NCBI GenBank assembly: GCA_013115125.1
Contig: JABANN010000001.1
Location: forward strand, 186,001-250,000
DNA length: 64,000 nucleotides
Source: Perkinsus olseni
Lineage: Eukaryota
Direction: 5' to 3'
Part shown: piece by piece, positions 36,584 through 49,431 of the stretch
How the letters are laid out: every line of letters starts with the position of its first letter
Numbering within the stretch: position 1 is the first letter of the stretch
Program-made: the position numbers and the translations under genes
Notes under the pieces: generated by a model
The model's input: only the letters and a program-made list of their open reading frames with translations
Told to the model about the DNA's origin: nothing
Database searches by the model: none

Positions 36584-38959
36584 AGCCACTCCGCTATTAT
36601 CGAATGAGCATCGTGCATCATCATCGTCACTGTAAAACTATAGTCGCTAAATCGTCAAAGGCCAACAACAACAATGCTATCGGCTTCGGAGCCGATGGTG
36701 TATCGCTGGTGGATGCCCTAATAATTAGCATCATTATTCACTTGTTATTCCCGTTTATGCCAAGTTTGTACGCCACACCCATTTCATTCGGTCAACGGGT
36801 AACCGTTAACCGTAGGCTGGCTTTGAGAAAGGTACTTGATCTCCTGCGTCGCCAGACAGACGCCTTTGTGGAGGGCTTCTTGATATTAGTTGGACTGGTC
36901 CGTCATTGTGAACCGTTATCTCGGCCGACAGCTTGTGATGGCATAGCCTGGTGAACCTCATCTTACTTTGAAGCACCGCCTCGGTCAGTTCCGCAAACGT
37001 TGATGCTCCTGTATAGGGAGACGTTACGACTGACGCCGTGCTGCTCCTTTGGCAAAGCTATCTTCCCCATTCATTGGCTGCTGCTGCTAATCGTCGGTGG
37101 GGCCCCCAAAAACCTCTGTCTACGCCTCTACTTGGTTGTGTCTGGTGAGCACATGGTTAGAGCTTGGTATAATCTCTAGTCGGCATCGACTGCTTGCCAA
37201 CTGCCGGACTCTAATGGTCGCGCCTCATTCCCATCTCGGGCTCTTGAGTTTCGTATATACCGCACGAGATGAGAGGTTGACCTAAAGAAGAAGGATGCCA
37301 TTACTGTGCTTTCGGTTGCTGTACCAGATTTATCGGCTGTTATGTTATGCATTATAGTCGGTACATCAGACCATGTGGGGTATGGAGATTTTACCAGTGG
37401 CAAAATACCGCTGAACTTGGCGCCGGTGCAAGGTCTACTGTGAGAAGTATGATGCCTGGTTATCTTATTTTGTCTCTGTTGATGTTATTTTGTTGACGGC
37501 GTTGGTGAGGCGATTCGGTCTCACCTGTCCGGTTGGCCCTCTTAAGACCAGCGTGGGCGTCATTCCTGTCCTATCGAGACGTCCGCGCTCCTCGTGTCTG
37601 TCAGTGGAATTTGTGATTTTTCTACTGTTATTTACTGTGGAAAGTCGCAGTCATCATATTCTATCTGGTATCGCGGTGATTCCTCGATTGGTGGCGATAA
37701 TCTTAGCACAACCGTACCTGAACGTCTGATGTCATTGATGTTCCTCGCAGTCCTGGCTCTACTCCAACAGCTTCGTTCTCATCCTTCTCCTCTTTCTTTA
37801 TCTCCTACTGTTGCCGATCGCTCTACCGGTCATCATCAGCAAACCGCCTTCTGTACTCCATCATAAAAGAATGGTATCTGTCTTATGTCTACTATGTTAT
37901 AGTCCTAGTATATTGTCGTCGACGTCGTCATTGATGCTACTATGGTCAGTAAGCTATTACTATAGTACATCTCATCATCAGAAGAGTATATGGTCATGTC
38001 CACTACACGGGTGCTTCGTCCTTTTTACGTAGCCGCACTTTGGGCGGCGTGTCATCAGTAGTGTTCATGAAGAACCTCCTCAAGCAAGAAGAACGCAGCT
38101 AGAGTGAGAATAAGCTGAGATTGTTATGAGGGCGGTGATGTGCAGCAGTTCCCTCATCTCTTCTTCATGATCGTAACATAAAACTTCACGGTATTGCTAG
38201 TAGTAGCGCTCGATGATGCAGCGTGTTTGCCACCTTTTTCGATGGCCGCACTTGCTGAGTAATTTGTTCAATTATCCTATCGTATGCGCCAAACGGGCTC
38301 ATTTTGTCGCCATTATCATCTTCCGCTATTCACAAGAGGAAGCGGGGTGGCCGAGTTACTGCTGCGGTTATGTAACAGCAGTGGTAACGCCTACCGAGAT
38401 CTCATAATCATTCGCGAACCACAAGAGGACGTACTCGAGTTGCGTCGCTATTACCTGCAACTACCGTTGAATCATGCGTTATTGAGTTGTCAATGACAGA
38501 GTTAATGTAACTCGGGAGCCGCAATTTGACACCGTTGGCAGCAAGTCGACGGTTCCCGAAAGGTCCGTTTAGTGCAAGATGTACACGTATGCAAGCGCAC
38601 TCGTGAGTTCCTTAGTCTGGTCGTCGTCGCTACTGGATAACACCAGTGATTAACACTCCATCTCGGGCCGAACACAACTTCCGGAACGGGTTCCTGTAAA
38701 ATCGAATGAACAGGTAGATTCTCGGTCGAAGGCACCGTATGAGAACCTCTGCTCTACTTACGTCTCGTTCGACAAAAAGATCTCGAGTAAAACAAGAAAA
38801 ACATAGCTCGGCCCGCGCAAGTTACGGGCGGCAAGCGCGCGGACACATGGAAAGCCTACACTAGAACTCTGGCGTGACGGAGAACCTGAGTTCCAGCGCA
38901 GACGACGGTCTTGCTTTGGTAACAATACTCTTTGATAACAAATAAATCATTGATGAGAA

Positions 38960-39745
38960 CTACCCGCATCGATCGCGGACACAATAACCGGTAGCCTGCT
39001 CGTAGACACCAACGTAGCCGAAGACCAAACCGATGCCAAAGCCGGCATCAGTCGCGATATAGCCGCAGAACTCATCCAGACCCTCATCGACATACTTATC
39101 ACAGGCAACCACTACCTCACTATACGCGAAGAGTAGCATTTCAATGGTGACTGTTGCGAAGCAAAGGCCAATATCACTGTTGGAGTCATAATTAGCGGAG
39201 CACAGGTCGAAGCGAGTAAAGTCCACCAGTCTACCGGGGACGATGGGGTTGAAGAAGGCGCTGTAGGCATCTTTGGTCGGGCACTGATCTGTGCCGATGC
39301 ACGTAGATGTCGCCAGTTGGAGGGCACGGGAGCGTACGAAGATGTAACCGTTCAGCACCTGATTGAGCTCGGGGATTCCCTTCCTCATGAAATAACAGAA
39401 CGCATCAATAGACGGGGAGTCAACGTTCTGACACCCCTGACAGATATTAGTGACCTGCTGCTGGAAGTAAGCGGAGATGGCCGTGCTGTGGATGGTCTTG
39501 CAGTTAGAACAGAATGGATAATCGTCCTGCTTGCTTCCGACAACTTGACCTTCAAGAGCCTCACCTTTTTGATGGTCGAGGCTTGGCGGGCGCGGGACAT
39601 CCATCACGACCTTGTCGATGAATTTGTGGACATCGGGGTTACCGAGGAGGGCCGTGAAGTTCGCGACGGTTTTGTTGATGAGAGGGTCGGCCTGAATGCT
39701 TAGAGTACCAGCGACGGTAGCGAAGATAACCAGGAGACGGGTCAT
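38960..39745 (-). CDS. Intronless secreted cysteine-rich protein (261 aa), putative tandem saposin-like domains
   Basis: Signal peptide MTRLLVIFATVAGTLSIQA. Cys pattern CSNC...IC..C...FC...TC-x5-C, with a second related repeat (ACDKYVDEGLDEFCGYI...YCVRDRC). Confidence 0.7.
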   Translation of the reverse strand: MTRLLVIFATVAGTLSIQADPLINKTVANFTALLGNPDVHKFIDKVVMDVPRPPSLDHQKGEALEGQVVGSKQDDYPFCSNCKTIHSTAISAYFQQQVTNICQGCQNVDSPSIDAFCYFMRKGIPELNQVLNGYIFVRSRALQLATSTCIGTDQCPTKDAYSAFFNPIVPGRLVDFTRFDLCSANYDSNSDIGLCFATVTIEMLLFAYSEVVVACDKYVDEGLDEFCGYIATDAGFGIGLVFGYVGVYEQATGYCVRDRCG

Positions 39746-41239
39746 AGTAGATACTGGTGGTATCACTGAAAGCCTGGAAATGATAATGATGAATATAGCC
39801 CGAGTTAGACATTCTTTCGAACGAATCGGGCATGAACTATCGATGATAAACAAGATCGAGCGATGGGCGGTGTCACCTCGTCCCCGAGAGAAGTTAGACG
39901 ACTTTACGTGCCAGAATGCTTCCGCACAGTGTCTACGGTCTCCGCGGCACATCGCGAGTAAGTGAGGTTCGCGGACACACCCGTCCGTTCAGCACCTTGT
40001 AGTGCAGGTATTCTCATCAGCCAGCTTGTAGCAGCAAAGCCGAGCTCTCGTTGCTTGTCTGCGGTCCGACAGCAACTCCAACAAGGGGGTAGACTCCTTC
40101 TGCCTCGACTGCACGCCACTGCCCGGAGGCGCGTCGAACTCTGGCGGGGTACGAAGCAATACAGAGCTTCAGCATCCCAAACGATGGGCATCGCATGTCA
40201 GCTGAGTTCTTTCGCCTCCTGCTGGGAACAGTTACTCGTGGCGACCTGCGAAACTTGTGGAAATCCAGACAACCCTTGTCAAGCGAGAGAGGCTGTACAT
40301 GTCTCTCAGACTGTGACGTCCGAGGAGTGACATGGGTATATAATTCTTTCATTTTGCCGTCAATACACCACAGTGACTGCCAGTCCCAGAGAACTGGGTT
40401 TCATCGCAGTAGGTTTCGGTTCACCTCAGCAACCTCTCCGACGCTAAGGCGCCGAGTGATGAGGCTATCCGTTCGCTCTACGGTACGTTATGCTTGCTCC
40501 TGACCTGCACGTGCAGTAGTCCGCACAATTCCATCAACCTTGCACGTTGTCCTGTTATATGGAGCCGTTATAGGCTTAGCATAAGTGCTTAAGCTACTGA
40601 GTATTGCTGCTTTGATGTTTCTTATGTATGATAATGCTGGGGGCTGAGAATGGCATCCTCAGTGTTGTCTCCACAGTTGCGCTGCTTTGCCATTAGCTAT
40701 GCTGCCTACACAGTTGCAGGCATACTCAAGGCTTTCTTGGCGCCTCCCTTCACTCTTGTGTTGGAGTCAACTGAGGCTCCTAACATTCCTTCCTTGGGAT
40801 CTCTCAGAGCAGGTACCCATTTCGGTGAGGGAGTGAGGCTTTTGGTGGAGTTCTTTCCCCATTCCAGCCAGTTAGCTACGCCAGCCGTTGGCTGCTCTTC
40901 GAGCATCCCATCACTGTGATGATAGTGACATATCTGTGACAGATAGTGATTCGTATTTACAGACGATCAAGGCAGCAGCCATGAAGTGGTGATGATTGGC
41001 GACTCCGAGATTTATAAAGATTGAGCTTTCCAATCGCCTGTTCGGCATTGAGTGGGGAGGCTTTTCGAAGGCAGCCAATTGAGCATCCAGAAAACGTCCT
41101 GAGCGAATGACCTAGGTTCGATCCCCGCCTAGTGAACTCCGCGACTTATGTATACTTGTGTACAAGTTGAGATGGCCGTGGATGGCAGTGAGACATTTCA
41201 AGTAAATAACGAGTGGGCACAAGTTGTACACAAAGGAGG

Positions 41240-41745
41240 GTCCTGGGATTGATCCCGGGCTCGAGTTTCAAGATCGTGTTTTATGAACAGTGTTTGAAAT
41301 CGATCCCGGGATCAGTCCTGAAAAGTTTCAGGACCGAGTTCCCTGAGCACGTCCTCGGGATTGATCTTCAAAATCGATTCTGAAGATCGATCCTGGGACT
41401 GGCTTGTTGGTCTTTTACTGAACAGCCCGGTTGTCTTGCATCTTATCGTTAGATGCGAACAATCCTTGTGAGGTACGCTGTGACTTTGTGTAATTTAGTG
41501 TTGTTTCGCGCGCTCCAGAGCCCTCAGGATCGGTGTCTACCAGTCCTGAAAAATTGAGTCTCAGGACCGGTTCTGGGATCGATCTTGTGATCCTTTGAGC
41601 GCATAATGCGTTACGCATTTAGGATCGATCCGGCGATTGATCCTAGAATTGCTCCCAAGATCGATTGACTGAACAGAAGAAGGCTTCGCTCGATCCTGGG
41701 ATTGATCCCCAGTCCCGGGATTGATTTACTGAACAGCCCGAACGT
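41240..41745. repeat. Degenerate GATC-rich palindromic repeat tract
   Basis: Recurring units gggat(t/c)gatccc, two copies of tttactgaacagcccg, and two copies of cagtcctgaaaa...tcaggacc. Confidence 0.7.
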
Positions 41746-41942
41746 CTTTGAGCCCGGAAAATTTCGCCACCTTCACCTAATGCGATGGAACGTTGAAGTC
41801 GGCTCTCCCACACCATTTGTTCGCGTGTGCGATGCACAACCATTAATGAACAACTTGCAGCTAAATGTGGTGACTTATTACTGGTAAGCAGTACACCCTA
41901 GCATACTTAATGACTCGAGTCGGGGCCCCAACTCTCTCACGG

Positions 41943-42338
41943 ATGCATTTCAACCAACTTGCCGCGGTTCCCTCAATCGACACGCGTCATCACGCTTGAG
42001 TAGAGCTCTCAAGCAGTACGTCGGCAATGCCGTGTTTTTGGGCGTGCGCGGGCAGGACTCAGCGTAGCTTTTTCCTTTACAGTTCAGTGAGACCCAAGTC
42101 GCTTCCTGTAGCGAATGCCTCCACATCCTGTGGTAGTTGCATAGGTTCATTCGGAAATATCTGGTGTCTTAGCTCCCCCGGGGCGCAATGATGCAAGTGG
42201 TACTTGTTCAGGGTGAGTCCAACACGCTGCTTTTTGATTTTTTTTCCGCCGAAAGCTCCCTCTCTTCGCCGTTGGCGTAAATCGTTCGACTAATTGGCCG
42301 TGCTGGGTCGCTCGTGTTAGCGACACCGATGCCGCTAC
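41943..42338 (+). pseudogene. Diverged partial duplicate of the 5' part of the gene at 43125
   Basis: Collinear nucleotide similarity with 43125-43678 (e.g. gcagtacgtcggcaatgc, gcgcgggcaggactcagc, cagttcagtgagac, aagctccctctcttcgccgttg). It lacks ~170 bp present in the other copy and lacks the C-terminal domain exon. Confidence 0.65.
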
Positions 42339-43124
42339 AATGCAGAAGACGCGATCTGAAATACATCTGAATAATGATGTCACTCCGCTGGGAACAGCAT
42401 TTCACCTCTAAGTGTTCACGTATTTTGGGCGAAACTCCATTATACCATTGGTAGGCAGTTTCATCTGGCCGACTCCCCAGTTCTCGCCTCGCCACTTCGA
42501 GATAAGACCTAGCATATATGAGATACTATATCCGGAGGGATGTCATTGCATGCCACACGACTTTTCTGCCCTGAAAACGTCTAAGTGGAAGCGAAGTCCT
42601 ACTAAAACAGGGCACTCTATTTCAACCCAGTTCAATTCACTTCAAACTTTATTGCCGGGCATTACAAGCACATAGCTTATCGCCCATTCACACAATCCGC
42701 GCAAGTGGATCGTGGGCGCGGTGAGGTCGACCAAGAACAATATTATAGTTTACATCCTGGATGAATAGCAAAAGAAAGCGTGGTGCGAAGCATCTCCTCA
42801 GTGGAATAGAGCTTCAACCCAGTTTGCCGATGACAACTACCACTCAACCGCGAAGTTGCGCAGAATTCGCCAATCGATCGTAATAGCGCGCGCATTTTTC
42901 TCGGGAATCGATCGCGCTCTAAAGCCACAACGCCTGGCGATTGACATGGGGCATAGTAGTCGCACGATTCAAATGCATTTTATGAGTCAGCGAATGTACT
43001 GCAGGATTGCGACGTATTCGCTCCCCTGAATAGATTTCGCTCATAGAGATTAGAGATGGTAAAAGCACCCCACAATTCGTTGTGGTTTGTGGGGCCGTCA
43101 GAAGTCTCACAGCTCCCTTAACCG

Positions 43125-43982
43125 ATGTATTTCAACCAGATTTCTGCGGTTTTCTCAATTGGCACGCGTAGTCACGCTTGAGCAGAGCTCACGAGCAGTA
43201 CGTCGGCAATGCAGTATTGTTGTGCGAGCGCGGGCAGGACTCAGCAGAGCTTCGCTCCTTTGCAGTTCAGTGAGACGAGTTTCTCCGTGTAGCGAATGCC
43301 TCCTCTTCCTGTGGGCCACGCTCTGCAGCGAGGAAAACTCCTCCCTGAGGTAGGTCAAGCTGCATCCCGCGGACCTCACGGCTCCATCAACATTGTTCTG
43401 CTGCGTTCTCGAAACTCGTCGCGGGAACTCGGCCACTGTCTAGCGCATAGACCCGAGTTCATGAATCGTGATCATAGTTGCGTAGGTTCATTCTGAAAGC
43501 ACTGGCGGCTTAGTTCCCCCAGGGCGCCACGATACAAGCTCTACTTGTTCAGAGTGAGTCCAGTACGCTGCTTTTCGATTCTTCATCTGTCGGAAGCTCC
43601 CTCTCTTCGCCGTTGCCCTAAGCTGTTCGCTTAACCTACTGTGCTTGGTCGCTTGCGATAGCGAGACCGTTCCCGCTAAGACAGTCAGCCTGTAAGGGTA
43701 GGAGTTTATGGCGGGCCTCCTTGTCTCAGTCACTCCAGCAATAGTTCCGAGTCCGCTGGCTTCACGGTGGATTTCTTCGAACGTCAGCGTCAAGAGATTG
43801 CCAAATGGATAGCAAACTCAATCCACGACAGAGGCGCCGATCCAGAGAAGGTTCAACGAGCGTGTCAAGCCTTGGTGCAACACACATTCAGTCAAGTTGA
43901 GGAAGCTCGAAAAAGAGGCCCCAGCCCGATCACTAATCGGACTATGATGCGGCCTGGGGACTACTCGAGATCAGCCAACTGA
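43125..43982 (+). CDS. Uncharacterised family member 3
   Basis: Domain exon DFFERQRQEIAKWI...RACQALVQHTFSQVEEARKRGPSPITNRTMMRPGD. Upstream exon structure uncertain. Confidence 0.6.
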
Positions 43983-46415
43983 GTGATCAAGGTGCGTGGT
44001 TCAGATGTCGATCCATCGATCGGCCGAGGCGGCTCTTTCTTCTAGGTATTCACCGAGCCTCTGTTTTGATCTCATCTCATTTGCCGACGTTCTCATCGGA
44101 TCTTGATGATTGGGTGTGATTTTAGTTGTCGTCGTCGTCGAAAGTAAATGTATTTCATTCTCATGAAAGATGCATACTGATTATGATTGGTTTCGTCCGA
44201 GCCCGGGACCTCTTGCTGCAAACATGGCAGCACTGTGGGCCTGTGCTTTTTCTGATCGATCGGACTCGCCTCGGTCCTGCAATCACAGTATCGCAGGCCT
44301 ATGTCAGTCGCTCGTGTACGTCAACATTATCGGTCGTTGCATCTGTTGTTATTGGTTCGCCAGTGGTTTCATCATGATGATGGACCTTCGAATTTACTGC
44401 GAACAGGTGAAGCTGCGTAGAGAATAGTCTATCATCTCCTGCATGATTGTTCTCTCTATCGCAATTCCAATGAGGAAGTCTTCTTGTAGACTACAAGCTG
44501 AAGTCAAGGAGGTTACGGGTTACGTCCTGTCCAGTAGTGATGCTACTCGCTATTCAACGTCCCCCCTTTATTTCCTCGTCTGCTGTAATTTCCAATCCCT
44601 ACATTCATGAAGATACTCAACTTGTTATGATGACGGCGCTCTGATCAAGATACCGATTGCGTTTGTTACGGAATGGTTGACAGTGCCTGCGCAACTTGGA
44701 TGCATTCGAGGTGGTCCTTTTTTAGTTAATACTCCTTAGAACTCTGATTCCCTTCCGCTCTGGTCCCGCCCGCTGAAGGGATAAATCTGAATTATATCAA
44801 CAACATCATCTCATAAACAACGACGCCTCTTTGACGACAAATAATGGCCGAGAACGGTTCCAGCTGGCCCTGCGACAAATACACCGACATCGATGAGAAG
44901 CTCATCGACGCTCCTGTTCCAGAAAAAGACCCGAGCAAGTTTCTGTTAGAGGTGAGTTCAACAGCTGTCGCTGCTGAGTTGATGGGAAATAATTTGTGTT
45001 AGCTATTACATGGGAACATGACTGATGATACCAAAGACAGCGGAGAAGGCTCAGTCTATTCTGCGTAAGCTTTGGTTCGTCTGCCGTCAAGGCTGCGAAA
45101 GGAGCGTTCCGGCCAAGCACTCACTCTGTCTCCTTCAGGCCTTCGTCCTCCTCTGGTGGCGATACTGTTGACGTATACAGCTCCATAGATGATTTCTTTC
45201 GACGCCAACGCAAGCACATGGAGATTTGTATCTACCGTCAGTTCATGATGAGAAGTGGTGGTGGCAGCGACCCCATCCGAGTCCGGAGAATCTGCTCCGA
45301 TTTGGTGCATCGGACATTCGAGGAAGTGCGAGAAGCACGGCTGATCGGCCCGAGCTCTCTGACGCACAGAACTATGCAAAGAGCTGACTAGCTGCAGATC
45401 CTGCAAGTGAGACGCGAGACGGGTGCGAGTGCAGACCGCGTCACATTCTACGGCGCGTAGTCTTTGGTTCGTGAACAGCATGCATTGGGCGCAATCCCTT
45501 GGAATCGCTACATCAGCGGATGCTGCTTCAGTCTTGAGCCCGCAGGGAACAGACTCGCCGTGAGCGAACGTGCGTTGAGGATTAACCTCCTCTCATGACT
45601 CTTCTCAACTGCGCAGCTGTTCATCGATAGCGTTTCCGACTTATGAAACGAGAAAGCCTCCTTAGCCAGGGATATCATGATTCATACAGTCACCGAATAA
45701 GGAATCGATGGGGTTGTAGATCATTAGTGAACCGCTCGCCGCGTTAATGTTGTCATAATCTTGTTACTCTGTCGTACTAGCCGCTTTCCACTTGTCCCTG
45801 TGTCAGGTGTCACCCGTCCAATGATAATCAACGAGACGTTCATTACCTGTTTCGCTATCTCTCGCGGTGACCTCGTACTGCGTCCTAGGCACCCCTTTGT
45901 AGACCCACTTTTCCGACTAGTTCAAGAATGCTCTGAGATTGTTATCGTTCCGGCTCGATATTCCTACCGCCCTTGGCCACCGTTCGCAGAGGTATCATCA
46001 CTACCAGGATGGCGCCTTCTGTTCGTTGTGCTGTTTGATTTTTTGCCAAAACCGTTATCGTTGAACGAATGAAGTACTACTGCTTAAAGTAGGTGTCCTA
46101 TCGTACGGGCTCTGTGCTGTTGCCTCGCTCAACAGTGACCCTAAGGGTCGAACTGTTCACCTGCGGAGGGCATCGAACTTGCAGTGATAACGGCGGAGTA
46201 CCGCCGCTGTTTTATCGGCGTTCCCTTCTTGAAAGGGAAGTCGGTTCATTACTGATAACTGAGATGTCTACTGGTTAGAATCTCTCAACCCTTGTCGTCT
46301 ATGCTAGACAGCTGTGGTTCAGGTTGCTGTTTAAGATTTGCGTTGTGTCATATTTCGGGGAGCTCACGAGAGTACGCCCCTGAGCATTGGTATCAGCTAG
46401 AACTAATCATCCCTC

Positions 46416-47750
46416 ATGACAGCGAGGATATCCGCTGAAGCAAGTCTATTGGAACGTATCCATCTATTCCGTACTGACTGGCAACAAGGCGTCGGGAACT
46501 TGAAGAAGTTCATCAGAGAGTGTCAGCATCTGCGGACAGTAACGCCACATGTGTGGACTAAGAGAGTGGCTCTGGCCTACGTCGAGCTGCTCACTGAAAT
46601 CAAAGAGCAACCCGCCTCCCAAGGGCACCACCCTGCCGGTCACGTGCCAGGAGGCAGTGGCCGCGGCTACCCCTCCGGTGAGTCCTGCCGGAGCTCGTGT
46701 CGGATTTATGGGAATTGTCAGGTCGTCCGATTGAATCCTCCGTGTATTTCGACCTCACCAAGGCGGACTGTGCGAGACCTCCGGATACTGTTCGGAACAT
46801 CCCAGAGGTGGTGGAGTTCCTGAACAGTCTCCGTCCCCAAGCCACGATAAAAGAGACGAGGTGAGCGGCCACCGGGGTCTTAATGGAAGCAGTCCGGTAC
46901 TTCAGGCACTCAAGTGTGAAGGGCGCTTGCGGTTTGGGACCGCCGCAACCTCAACAACCCATGCTGGGGGCCAGTAGGGAATGTGACTCGATGTACGGAA
47001 GGTTTGATTCGCTTCATTAGACACGCAGTCGTTTTCGTCAGATCTCGTGATACAGCTGCCCATGGCGGTACAGCACACAGCAGCGACTTCGACCGCTCGA
47101 GGTAAGGCAATTGTCCTCTCTATCGGGACTGGGAGGCCCTCCGGTACTGTAGACCTGTGCAGAGTCAGCGTATAAATCGTATCATCACTGGGGCTCGGCG
47201 GTCGCGTGGTACAGCGTGAGGACGGAGTTCGACTTCGCCAGAATTCGTTCGGTCCGTAATCGCTCTGATCGTACTCTCTTCACTTATGCATCTCGTCATG
47301 AATCCCTGGAAGGATTTCCGTTCCCACCTCAGCGTTTCACAACAATCAACTCGCCCCAACTCCGAGCAGGGCGACCTCGCAGTGCTCCAGAGTCATCCCC
47401 AAAGGGAAACAGCTGCTACCTGGGGCAGTATGTTCGGAGGTGGCGATCCGATCTACACAACACACGTGCAGCGACCTCCTGCGCAATACACGCCGAGCCG
47501 TTCATCAGAGCCTACCTCGTCGAAGATTGCATCGTCGTCGTACAAGGGTGAGTGGTGGGGAGGGCGAGGGACGGTCTAAGTACCGTTTCAGGAGTCCCCA
47601 CAGGAGACCATCGAGGCTGCAACGAGCGAGCTCCGCCCTCGACGCGACCGAACAGCAACCCCAACTGTCCTGTAAGAAAGTGTTGATGATCAGCTCCGTG
47701 AGAATGCCGCTGTTACTTTTTAGGATGCGTGGATACCTGGTCACCAATGT
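46416..47750 (+). CDS. Hypothetical multi-exon protein
   Basis: Plus-strand open segments with GT/AG boundaries (LLERIHLFRTDWQQGVGNLKKFIRECQ; RPIESSVYFDLTKADC). No family recognised. Confidence 0.3.
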
Positions 47751-48233
47751 GACGATCTGTGCAGCACCACACTGTGCGGGCTGGAGGGGTCAGGAGAGAC
47801 CAGCAGAGACCCTAATAAGGGAGTAACACGATAGATGGTACATACCTGACAAATCTGGCGTTAACCTTCTCACTGCTTGTTGAGTTAATACAGCGAATGG
47901 ACTTGTTCTGATGAACGGTTTCCTCAAATCCCTGTCCTCGCTTAATCCCCCTAGAGAAGCGGGGTCGTTGTTGAACTGTTCAACTTGAACAATGATTGGA
48001 TCGTTACAATCTTCCCAGACGCCATGATACAGGAGGTAGAGCCTACCGAAGCCGATGCCACTGAATTGAGAATCACTGCCAACAACACAACAAGAACTCT
48101 CATTTGCACCCCATAGCCAGCAGCTGTGTGAGAAACCGAAGCTTCGCTGCCACGACATAACTTCCACCACCACCACGAGAGACGAAGTCTCTGCTGCAGC
48201 GGAGAAGACATGCCGGACAAGGCGATAAGTGAT

Positions 48234-49149
48234 TTATCGGTTAGCCTTGGCAATGCGCTCGATCTCATCCTTCTTCTTGATGGCGAAGGAGTTGGAGGAT
48301 TCCTTGGCGCAGTTCATGATCTCATCAGCCAAGCACTCGGAGACCGACTTGATGTTGCGGAAGGAGGAGTTACGAGCACCGGAGGTGATGAGGTAGATGG
48401 CCTGGTTGACCCTGCGGAGGGGAGAGACATCGACGGCCTGACGACGGACGACACCGGCGGAACCGATACGGGTCGAGTCTTCGCGGGGACCACCGTTCTT
48501 AACGGCATCAACGAGAACCTGACGTACGATACATGAGCCCACCAGCAGAGGGGAGGGGGTAATTAGGACGTACCTGGATGGGGTTCTTGTCGGTGAGGAG
48601 GTGGATGATCTCGAAGGCGTTCTGGACGATGCGGACACCGAGCTGCTTCTTACCGTTGTTGCGACCGTGCATCATCATGGCTGAAAGGATGAGGAAGATG
48701 AGAATTCACGAATGGAGTGGTATGAGCCACAAAGCACTAAAAGAGCGATGACGATGATCCCTCCTCCTGCTGTTATTACAGTTGACGAGACGCTCGACGA
48801 TGGGGCAGACAGCCTTGCGGAAGCGCTTCTTCTGGTAACGGCCAGCAGTGTGGGCAGTGAACACGGAGGCAGAGCCAGTGTAGGCGATGTAGTCCTGAAG
48901 GTAATGACCAAGCACATTATTGCCAGTCGTACGCCTGCCGTGCCCAACCCGAATTCCTGTGAACATTCTCTTAGCCAGAGAGGCTCCACAAGAGGCTAAC
49001 ACGAACTCACGAATTCCTTCCTCGAACGACCGGAGACGAGACTAATGCCACCTCTGCAATGCCCCGGGTCCCACCTCCAAAGAGAGATCAGAGGTCTCGA
49101 TCCCCTCGTAACTCCACCTGCCGAAAAGCTTGGGCTCAGTCGCAGCCAT
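48234..49149 (-). CDS. RPS5: 40S ribosomal protein S5 (uS7), 4 exons
   Basis: [14 protein letters not shown] / [24 protein letters not shown] / [10 protein letters not shown] / [32 protein letters not shown]...[14 protein letters not shown]-stop. Confidence 0.98.
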
Positions 49150-49431
49150 GTTGGGTGACTATACAGCAAGAATCCTGACGACTCACCAAGGCTGTCGATC
49201 GAGCTATGGGCGAGCGAGATTTACACAAGCGCGATTTCTAATTGCGCTGTTGAGAGAGCGGTCGGTGTCTCATTATACATACTGTCGTCCTCAGTAGCGT
49301 AGCCCTAGTTGTTGGTATTATCCCCTTCTGTGCCTTAGCGTGCCCATTGGCTCTTGTCGTTGGGGATCATGTTGTCGACTCTTCTCTGTCTCCTACTTCC
49401 GTACAGCGTTGTCAATGTGATTGGGGTTGTG

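Noticed and set aside
41090-41135. GGTTCGATCCCC, resembling a tRNA T-loop/B-box
   Set aside because: I could not build a cloverleaf, acceptor stem or A-box around it. It resembles the adjacent GATCCC repeat units.
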